64,000 bases of DNA from a virus. This document shows, in pieces, positions 28,388 through 35,926 of this stretch. Location: positions 15,598-79,597 of IMG/VR virus record IMGVR_UViG_3300047673_000554; one strand, 5' to 3'. The stretch's first letter is position 1. Each line of letters opens with the position of its first letter. The notes beneath the pieces are model-generated. The model did no database searches. It was not told the origin of the DNA and saw only the letters and a list, made by a program, of their open reading frames with translations. Position numbers and translations under genes: made by a program.

Positions 28388-28816
28388 CGGTCCCCCCCCC
28401 CGCAAATAAAGGCCGTTAGGTCTGTTCTAAATCCCCGGTACCAATTTCGTACCAGCAACATTCGTCCTCCATCAAATCCGAGTAGCTCTCTCACCCGCTG
28501 TAGCAAATTTTAAGCAACCGTTTTCGGCTCCAATCATGGGCACTGTTGTGACTGCCCCCCCTTATCCGCTACAGTTTCCAGGTTGATTGTTGATTGTTTA
28601 TTTTTGCATGTATGTACACGCACGCTCTGCGTTAATAAAAACAAAATATATCACTACACCCCCCTAACCTCGCTCATATTATCAATGCACATTACAACCC
28701 CTTTAAACTAAAAAATACGCCCCCATCGCCAAAGCAAAAAGAATTTGAAAATTAATTTAAAAAATGAGAAGGTGGCATTTTGCCCACAATGGATTGCATC
28801 CCTAAGGAAATATTAA

Positions 28817-30634
28817 ATGATTGTAACTTCAGCAATGGCTGCCGCAGCCATACGCAGCCTCACTCCGCTGATTGGTGCAGCCTACAAAGGTGCAAGCAAA
28901 TCATTGAAATCCAGTTTTTCAAACTGGTCCAATACGAATAGTAATGAAGAAATTGCGAATCATCTTTTACAGATCGGCGTTGTTAAAACAATCTGGTCAT
29001 CAGGAAAAAGCAAGTTTATTAAAGACTTTTATTACCCATCAAAGATTGACGAAATCAACGATGGCGAGGGCATTGACCATGTCGATCAACTCCCTAAAGG
29101 AAACATAGTTATTCAAGGCATAGTTGGCCAGGGCAAATCTATGTTCATGCGCCACCTAGCTTGTTCTGCCATTGGAGAAATTGGGAACTCTTATATACCG
29201 GTATTCATTGAACTTCAAAAGATAAGTTCAAAAAAAGGCTTGAAACAGATCATATTTGAAAACTTGGAACTATTGGGAATCACAGTAACTGAAGAGAGTG
29301 TTAAATATCTAGCATCAAAAGGCTACTTAGTCTTTCTGTTAGATGGATTTGATGAAGTCGTAGATGCATGCATCAATGAAACTGTTGAAGCGCTTGATGA
29401 ATTTCAGAGACGCTATCCAAAACTTAAAATCATTGTCTCATCACGCCCCGGTAGTGGCATCCAGCAGATGGTAGGCTTCGAAGTTCTAGATCTGACGCCT
29501 TTAACGGAAGATGATTACGAACCTTTCTTAAAGTGCCTCCAGCTAGATACCGTAAAAAGAGAGGCGTTGATAGCCGCAACTGAATCTGCTCCAGATTCAG
29601 TTAAAGAAATTATAAGCACACCATTAATGCTCACGTTAGTTGTTTGGGTTTACGAATCCGAACAAGAAATTCCATCTACGCTAAGAGATTTCTTTGAAAA
29701 ACTATTCCATGTCGTTTTCACCAGACACGATAGTTTAAAGGTTGGCTTTACAAGACAACACTACAGCGGTCTTTCGGAAACAAAACTCCTACAACTTTTT
29801 GAGGCGTTCTGTTTTATGATCGTTCAAGAAAATTTCGGAAGAAGTTTAACACGACCAGAATTTAATACTGCATTCACCAATGCACTTGAGTATTCAGAAG
29901 CAACAAATTGCGATGTGGACCATTTCAGAAAAGACATTGTAAAAGTCGCATGCCTGATGCTGGAAGATGGCCTTGACCTAACTACTTTTCTGCACAAAAG
30001 CATTTTGGATTATTATGCCGCCGCATTTATATTACACAGCGAAGAAGAGTTATCCGAACTATTTTATTCGGACGCTTTTGAAGGATTTAGCCAATGGCAG
30101 CATGTGTTATTCTTCTTAGCTGACGCTGACAAATACCGATATTCAAAACATTATTTACTCACCCATTTCCAACCGGGCATTGATGAAATCGATCAGTTAC
30201 TTAAATCAAAGAGTGACGATATTTTATTACGACACATAAATAAGAAGCATACTGGCTTCACTTACTTAATTAGTGAAAAAGGGCAAATGCTTGGTTGGTC
30301 AGGCGCCAAATCGGCAGCAACGCAAATTGGTATCTATTTTGAAAGAGCATTAATTTACGGAGGCCAAAAAATATTCAATGGGAGTTTACCTGCCACCCAG
30401 CTAGCCCAAATAATAAAAGTTGCGGCTGTACAAGGGAAAAACAAACCTGCAGGTAGAAACTATTATCACATTGAAATCAGCGAGGTTATGCGCATTATTG
30501 GCACTGATTCATACTGGCGCGAAATTGCTCTCATCGATCTTGAATTACACAAAAAAATGGACGAGGCACAACGCACAGTTGAACATCAAAACAAAAAGAA
30601 AAAAATCTTTGGTAAAAAACTGAAGCCCCGCTAA
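28817..30634 (+). CDS. NACHT-family STAND NTPase (bacterial NLR-related), short C-terminal domain
   Basis: GIVGQGKS, LLDGFDE, VSSR, TPLMLTL, FLHKSILDYYAA. Confidence 0.9.
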   Translation: MIVTSAMAAAAIRSLTPLIGAAYKGASKSLKSSFSNWSNTNSNEEIANHLLQIGVVKTIWSSGKSKFIKDFYYPSKIDEINDGEGIDHVDQLPKGNIVIQGIVGQGKSMFMRHLACSAIGEIGNSYIPVFIELQKISSKKGLKQIIFENLELLGITVTEESVKYLASKGYLVFLLDGFDEVVDACINETVEALDEFQRRYPKLKIIVSSRPGSGIQQMVGFEVLDLTPLTEDDYEPFLKCLQLDTVKREALIAATESAPDSVKEIISTPLMLTLVVWVYESEQEIPSTLRDFFEKLFHVVFTRHDSLKVGFTRQHYSGLSETKLLQLFEAFCFMIVQENFGRSLTRPEFNTAFTNALEYSEATNCDVDHFRKDIVKVACLMLEDGLDLTTFLHKSILDYYAAAFILHSEEELSELFYSDAFEGFSQWQHVLFFLADADKYRYSKHYLLTHFQPGIDEIDQLLKSKSDDILLRHINKKHTGFTYLISEKGQMLGWSGAKSAATQIGIYFERALIYGGQKIFNGSLPATQLAQIIKVAAVQGKNKPAGRNYYHIEISEVMRIIGTDSYWREIALIDLELHKKMDEAQRTVEHQNKKKKIFGKKLKPR

Positions 30635-30772
30635 AACGTCATGGCGTGATACTGGTGCAAAACATTTCCTTGCCCGACATCACTATCGGCAAGTGTTTCC
30701 CTTTTGCGTCGGAGGTGTCGCCGTAGGATTCGTTAATGACGGTTTTGGAGACTTTAATAACCCTCCCCGCTT

Positions 30773-30829
30773 CCTCGTTATCAGCTTCCCAAGCTGATAA
30801 CGAGGGTTCGATTCCCTTCACCCGCTCCA
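30773..30829 (+). pseudogene. 3' half of tRNA-Gly(CCC), att-core remnant
   Basis: CAGCTTCCCAAGCTG anticodon arm, GAGGGTTCGATTCCCTT T-arm, CACCCGCTCCA end; D-arm and 5' acceptor strand absent. Confidence 0.88.
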
Positions 30830-30875
30830 CTATTTTCAAGGCCTGCAGCCCTGTTCATCCATTACCGTAACCCAC

Positions 30876-30897
30876 TGGGGGACGTATTGGGGGACGT
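30876..30897 (+). repeat. Direct repeat TGGGGGACGT x2, arm-type site candidate
   Basis: TGGGGGACGT-AT-TGGGGGACGT about 45 bp after the tRNA fragment. Confidence 0.6.
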
Positions 30898-30969
30898 TTG
30901 ATGCAAGCACACGCAACGCGCTGTAACTCCTGATCCAACCCCCGTATAGGTGCCAATCCTAAAATCCGT

Positions 30970-31281
30970 GGGGGTTCGAAAAAATAGTAATATCAGTAAT
31001 ACCCCCTCCGTAAAACAGCCACAGCCCTTATCGATCAAGGCGTCCAGCGATTCATGGGGAAGGCGATATTTAAGCGATAGAAAGGCGATAGTATTACCTT
31101 TCTATAAAGCTATATTTCCATTCTTTGAAACCCAATGAATCCGGGGGTTTGGCCGAAATATTACTTTTCATATCGCCTCGTATTACCTTGCTTTGTAATA
31201 CCGAAAGCCTAGTAAAACCGGGGGCTCCAAACCCGCTACCTATAAGGTATCGCTGATATCGCTCTTTTTGAAAATGCCCCC
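30970..31281. repeat. Iteron-like array (GYRATA x12) with imperfect terminal inverted repeats; candidate origin
   Basis: GTAATA/GCGATA mostly forward on left, TATTAC/TATCGC mostly reverse on right. Confidence 0.65.
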
Positions 31282-31373
31282 GCCCCCTAAGAATCACTCT
31301 CAATAAAGCGATGTTTTCGGTTCTCGGTCTGTCGCTGCTATGCTTGAATTTCTTTCGAAAGGAGTCGGCAACC

Positions 31374-31604
31374 ATGGCAAGCGAGTATTCACTGGCGGAT
31401 GTGCTGGAACGGATTTACCACAATCAGTTGGCCTTGGAAGCGGCAGTGATGGAGCTGACTCGGTGGGCAGAGCAGCAGAATGCAGTAGATGTGGGCGATA
31501 ACGTGCGGGGAGCGCTCTACACTATTGGCGAAAACGCAGGTCATATCAAACAAGGCTTGGCTCGACTGAGCGGGTTCCCGCCAGATCTTCGTGAGGCCAA
31601 TTAG
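31374..31604 (+). CDS. Small helical hypothetical protein
   Basis: AAGGAG SD; MASEYSLADVLERIYHNQLALEAA..., a type I recall from Pseudomonas prophage ends. Confidence 0.7.
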   Translation: MASEYSLADVLERIYHNQLALEAAVMELTRWAEQQNAVDVGDNVRGALYTIGENAGHIKQGLARLSGFPPDLREAN

Positions 31605-31707
31605 ACGATGGCTTAGCGTCTTATGAACAGTTCTCCCCGCTAGGCAATCGACAGTAATTGGCCAAAAGCAGTCATTCAATCCTCTACAAAAGCAGGGGCG
31701 ATTCACC

Positions 31708-32358
31708 ATGCAGGATCACGTACTCAAGCGCATCGATGAACTGATTTCGCGGGGCAATGCCGCCGCCCGGTCACAATCATCCCAAGACTATTGGATGAAA
31801 GACGTCGTGGAGGCACAGAGTTGGTTCTCGTCCGCGGCTAACGCGATACACCAGGTCGCCCCGCCTGGCAGTTTCTACATGGCAGAGCTGCAGAGGATCG
31901 TCGAGCATGAGCAACTCCAAAGCGGCTTCCCGATTTCCTCCGTCGAAAAACTCCTTGGTCTGCTTCAGTCGGTGCAGCTTGAAGCGCGAGCTGGGTTGCT
32001 GGTCAAACTCGAGGACCAAGTAGTCGCCTCAGCGTTCGATGACTTTCTTGATCACGCGACGCAGTATCACAAGGCCGGCAAGGTCAACGAAGCTGCTGTC
32101 CTGGCTTCTGCGGTGCTTGAAGACACTATCAAGCGCATAGCACGGAAGTCTGAGATTGCGGTTGGTGGTGTGTCTCTCGAACCTCTCATTGATGAACTGA
32201 CCAAGCGCAGCGTCTTTACGCAGGTGAAGGCGAAGCGTTTGAAATCATACGCAGCGGTTCGCAACCACGCTCTTCACGCGGAGTGGGAGAAATTGGACAT
32301 TAGAGACGTTGGTGCACAACTCTCTGGGCTTCGTGAACTTCTAGATGAGCATCTTTGA
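31708..32358 (+). CDS. HEPN/DUF4145-domain protein (putative RNase)
   Basis: AAVLASAVLED helix and RNHALH (Rx4H) motif. Confidence 0.8.
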   Translation: MQDHVLKRIDELISRGNAAARSQSSQDYWMKDVVEAQSWFSSAANAIHQVAPPGSFYMAELQRIVEHEQLQSGFPISSVEKLLGLLQSVQLEARAGLLVKLEDQVVASAFDDFLDHATQYHKAGKVNEAAVLASAVLEDTIKRIARKSEIAVGGVSLEPLIDELTKRSVFTQVKAKRLKSYAAVRNHALHAEWEKLDIRDVGAQLSGLRELLDEHL

Positions 32359-32365
32359 CGCTGAC

Positions 32366-32423
32366 GCCTAACCCGTCGTTCCAGCCGACCGCCTTCGGCG
32401 GCGGTTGAACTCCAACGTTATGC
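32366..32423 (+). mobile_element. Integron attC site (59-base element)
   Basis: R'' GCCTAAC ... GTTCCAGCCGACCGCC-TTCG-GCGGCGGTTGAAC ... R' GTTATGC, 58 bp, 7 bp after the stop codon. Confidence 0.88.
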
Positions 32424-32887
32424 AAAAGGAGTTCGCCGCCCCCTGAAATTTCTGACTGAATCGGACTTAGTTTTTAGACAAGCCGGTATGTCAGTAATGG
32501 ATCGATTGCAGTCGTCTGAATTATCCGTACACGGGTGATCACCTGTGAAATGCGCTATAGGGCCTGAAAGCCCCCTGTGTCGGGGCTTCCGGGCAAGCTA
32601 CCCCTCGTCCTAAAACACTTCAAAGCGCCCCTGATACGAACTTTTGAGAATTCGAAAACTCAATAAGACGCTTATTTTCCAGCGTCACACCCTTGTAAAT
32701 TGGGGGTTCTGCAGATCGACCACCGACCTGGCTTGCTCTGGACGATACGCAAAGCCACTGCACTTTTTTGCAAAACCTTGCACACCGTGAAATTGCAAAA
32801 TGCGCCACTAACTGCTCGGCGGGCTTGGGCGCGACCTTGACTTGCGCAACACCCGCCTTTGCACAATAAAGGGACGCAAAGCCCGTC

Positions 32888-32907
32888 GGCGGGAGGGGGA
32901 TAAGTGC
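32888..32907 (+). other. Possible cos site of prophage 2
   Basis: GGCGGGAGGGGGATAAGTGC resembles P2 cos GGCGAGGCGGGGAAAGCAC; non-coding, between tail end and att as in HP1-type maps. Confidence 0.4.
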
Positions 32908-33291
32908 TTTTTTAATCGTTTTTTTATCATCCAATGATTTTTTTGCTGTAGGACTGCGGTTACACACTACTGCGTTCATCAATACTGCAAGCGTCATCTT
33001 GATCAATCCTCGTTGCGATCGGCAGCCACACGGCGCCCCAGGCATCGCCGACTACATCGCACGATCAGCGTCCCTCCACCCATTGCGGCGCTCCAAGACG
33101 GCATCCTCAGGAGTGCATTTGTTCTCATTAGCCGCAAATGAGTGCGAAGGCTACAGCGCTGAATTTAGCTACCTTAGCCCTCCATAGCCGTTCGACAACC
33201 TCCAAACACCTTAACTCGCTCTAGCATTACACCCTTAGAAATGCTATCTAAATCGAAAGTCGTTTAAGTAATCAGCGTAGGAGTTAAATGG

Positions 33292-35013
33292 ATGTTTCAG
33301 CAACCTCAAATTTTTTTAATTGATACGGATGAAGATATTTCTAAGGCCATCCTTAAAAGCTGGTCTAATATTGGTACTGGAACGCTCGGCACCCCATATG
33401 AAACTCCTACTGATAGTGACTGGCGCCCAGTAATCCAAAATAAACCGCTGGGTAAATTTGAGGAATCAGATTTAATCATTGTTGATCTTTCATCAAAAAA
33501 ATTAGCACATCATGCACCAGGCGAAAAGCACACACCGACAGGAGAAGTAGATCTATGGGCGAAGTGTGACAAAGGCTGGATTGATGCCAGAGTTCGCACA
33601 GTTTTATCCGCAAAAGCAGATCTGAATAGAATTGTAAGGAATGGCGGCGTACTTATCATTTTTGCCGCACCTGATAGCCCAATGAATTTTCAATGGGCAA
33701 CAGTTAGCAACTATCGAATGTCAACTCGAAGTACCGTTGATGGTGGAGTATGGAATCTTGCCGACCCACTAGATCGATTGAGAGTTGATGCCGAGTCTGG
33801 ATCCGTAATTAACGTAACAGACAACTCCCCAATAGGATCGCTTTTAAAACGGCATTTGACAGGTGCCGAATTCACATGTGTGTTCAGCTCTGTATGGGAT
33901 CACGACTCAACATGGAAATCATTAGCGACTAATAAGTATGGCGTGAGTGTTGCGGTCTCTGCTGAACATGGCAACGGACATATTTTCGTACTCCCTCAGT
34001 TAATAGAAAAAGCACGGTTCATCGAAGAGTTATTAGGGTCAATTCTTCCTGAAATAGTACCCAACCTATTTCCAGATATCGAAAAAGGCAAATGGACTCA
34101 TCGGCCGGAATACGAACTTGAGCGTGTTAAAGAATTAGAATCTCGAAAAGCCTTAGTAATCGCCGAGGCAGAAAAACAACTCAATAACATACAACAAGAA
34201 ATCGATGAAAATCGTGCCGCGAATGGCTGGCTACATGATCTAATTACGGGAACAGGTGATGACCTAGTTAACGCTATAAAAATCGCCCTTTCAGAACTAG
34301 GCTTTCAGCGTGTTATAGACGTTGATGAAATACGAGACGCTGAAGGCAAAAGCCGACGCGAAGACCTTCGAATAGAAGACGGCGACCCGCTCTTGATTGT
34401 CGACATCAAAGGCGTCGGCGGGAGAGCTGGTGACGATGACATTATGCAAGCAAACAAACACGCCTTAATTAACATGAGGGAACTAGACAGAACCAACATT
34501 CAAGGTTTATCGATAATTAACCAGCAAAGACATTTACCCCCATTAGAAAGGGATAACAACGAAGCTTTTCGAAAGGAAATAGTAGATTTTGCTGGTGAAA
34601 CAGGCCTAGGGCTACTAACTGCATTCGACCTTTATCGAATAGTTGTAAACAAACAAAGACACGGCTGGTTACCAGATTGGGTAAAACCGCTTTTTTTTAG
34701 GCATCAACGCATTACTGCTGTGCCTACGCACTATAAATATCTAGGAACAATCTCCAAAGTCTTTACCGAAGTTTTTGGCATGCATATATTAGAAAACGAA
34801 ATCGAAGTAGGCGACTACTTAGCGGTGGAGGGAGACATTTATTTTGAGGAGGTCGAAGTTCTGTCAATACAAGTAGAAAATGTTGAAGTAACAAGTGCTG
34901 CCGTTGGGGATCGTGCGGGCTTCAAATGGCCACAAAGTGCAGCGAAGCTTCGAGAGAATATGCGCGTCTATGCAATACCTCGCTCATTTCAAGACTCGAG
35001 GTTGCAGCCTTAA
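33292..35013 (+). CDS. Multidomain protein: alpha/beta N-domain, coiled coil, PD-(D/E)xK nuclease, elongation-factor-like beta-barrel
   Basis: AGGAG SD; REDLRIE...IVDIKG; C-terminal YLGTISKVF...IEVGD...VLSIQVENVEVTSAAVGDRAGFK. Confidence 0.7.
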   Translation: MFQQPQIFLIDTDEDISKAILKSWSNIGTGTLGTPYETPTDSDWRPVIQNKPLGKFEESDLIIVDLSSKKLAHHAPGEKHTPTGEVDLWAKCDKGWIDARVRTVLSAKADLNRIVRNGGVLIIFAAPDSPMNFQWATVSNYRMSTRSTVDGGVWNLADPLDRLRVDAESGSVINVTDNSPIGSLLKRHLTGAEFTCVFSSVWDHDSTWKSLATNKYGVSVAVSAEHGNGHIFVLPQLIEKARFIEELLGSILPEIVPNLFPDIEKGKWTHRPEYELERVKELESRKALVIAEAEKQLNNIQQEIDENRAANGWLHDLITGTGDDLVNAIKIALSELGFQRVIDVDEIRDAEGKSRREDLRIEDGDPLLIVDIKGVGGRAGDDDIMQANKHALINMRELDRTNIQGLSIINQQRHLPPLERDNNEAFRKEIVDFAGETGLGLLTAFDLYRIVVNKQRHGWLPDWVKPLFFRHQRITAVPTHYKYLGTISKVFTEVFGMHILENEIEVGDYLAVEGDIYFEEVEVLSIQVENVEVTSAAVGDRAGFKWPQSAAKLRENMRVYAIPRSFQDSRLQP

Positions 35014-35147
35014 GCGCCGCGACTTCTTTTGCTCTTGGCCCCGCTTTCAGTTAGTGCCGCAACTACGTGGTCTAGAACCCCGAGTGCAGCCCATTGGCGA
35101 GCTGGGGCTTCTAGGCAACAATAACCTTAAACTGACTGTCACGAATG

Positions 35148-35170
35148 AAAAGGCCCCGCACATGCGGGGC
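35148..35170 (-). terminator. Terminator ending prophage 2 late operon
   Basis: AAAAG-GCCCCGC-ACAT-GCGGGGC. Confidence 0.65.
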
Positions 35171-35181
35171 ATGAGCCGTAT

Positions 35182-35907
35182 TCAAGGAATTGCGTACGCT
35201 CTGTGTAGTTCGATGGAAGCCGCCTCGATATCCGAATTGTTCAGTGCACGGTCGTATGCCCTGATAAAGGCATAGCCTCCCACCAGCCCTGCTGTGGCCA
35301 GCGCCGATCCTTGCCCGCCCAGAATATTCCGTCCGCTGAGAGACACCCCGGTCGCGCCTTCGACGATTGGGCTAGTGCCGACTTTGATTTTGGAGGTTGG
35401 ACCGTCGAACACGGCGAGGATGACCGTCCACTCGGTCGATTTGTCACTGCTTTCCAGTCGACTGGCCGCTGAGATACTTTCATAGAAGCCATTCGCACCT
35501 GGTGCGAGGATCTGGGCGCCCGACGCCATCAGACGCGCCTGATTCGCCGCAAAGACAGAAGCCTTGACCACCATCGCGTAAGTCATCGACTGCGCGATAG
35601 CGACCGTGCCCGGGCCATTTCCGATCTGCTGTGTCCCGTCAAATAACACGGCTGGGTTGCCACCTGGTCCACCAGTCAGCGAAAACTTCGGTTTCCCCCA
35701 GCCCGTGTACTGGAAGTTGAAAGTGCGGTTGACGATCGGCGCCGGTCCGTTTGCCAGCCAGGTGTCCACGGCAGCACCGTCGGCCAGTGCGGCCAGACTC
35801 GCGGCATCGAGCTCGTAAATGATGTTCGACTGCACATCAGGGATGGTTGGGGTATCGGAGAGAGGGTTGGACAACACACCAGGTGCGCTAATCACGAGAG
35901 AAAACAT
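35182..35907 (-). CDS. LamG/concanavalin-like virion accessory protein
   Basis: ELDAASL..DGAAVDTW, PAVLFDG, YDRALNN. Confidence 0.65.
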   Translation of the reverse strand: MFSLVISAPGVLSNPLSDTPTIPDVQSNIIYELDAASLAALADGAAVDTWLANGPAPIVNRTFNFQYTGWGKPKFSLTGGPGGNPAVLFDGTQQIGNGPGTVAIAQSMTYAMVVKASVFAANQARLMASGAQILAPGANGFYESISAASRLESSDKSTEWTVILAVFDGPTSKIKVGTSPIVEGATGVSLSGRNILGGQGSALATAGLVGGYAFIRAYDRALNNSDIEAASIELHRAYAIP

Positions 35908-35926
35908 TTGATGCTCCTTACTGCGT

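Noticed and set aside
28392-28401. C10 tract (and G9 at 52498-52506) as phase-variation switches
   Set aside because: Both are intergenic with no demonstrable promoter spacing role; cannot be supported from sequence alone
30773-30829. Intact tRNA-Gly gene
   Set aside because: No 5' acceptor strand or D-arm upstream; only the 3' half is present
30639-30839. 66-aa ORF containing ERVKGIEPSLSAWEA
   Set aside because: Reverse-strand translation of the tRNA fragment
30970-31281. CRISPR array
   Set aside because: Repeats are 6-7 bp, in mixed orientation and irregularly spaced; no cas genes
31639-31645. GCTAGGC as the cassette's 5' core site (expected GTTAGGC)
   Set aside because: Mismatch in the invariant GTT and it lies outside the flanking repeat; could be chance
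32620-33187. Short ORFs around the cos-like region
   Set aside because: No SD or recognisable motifs; region reads as non-coding signal DNA
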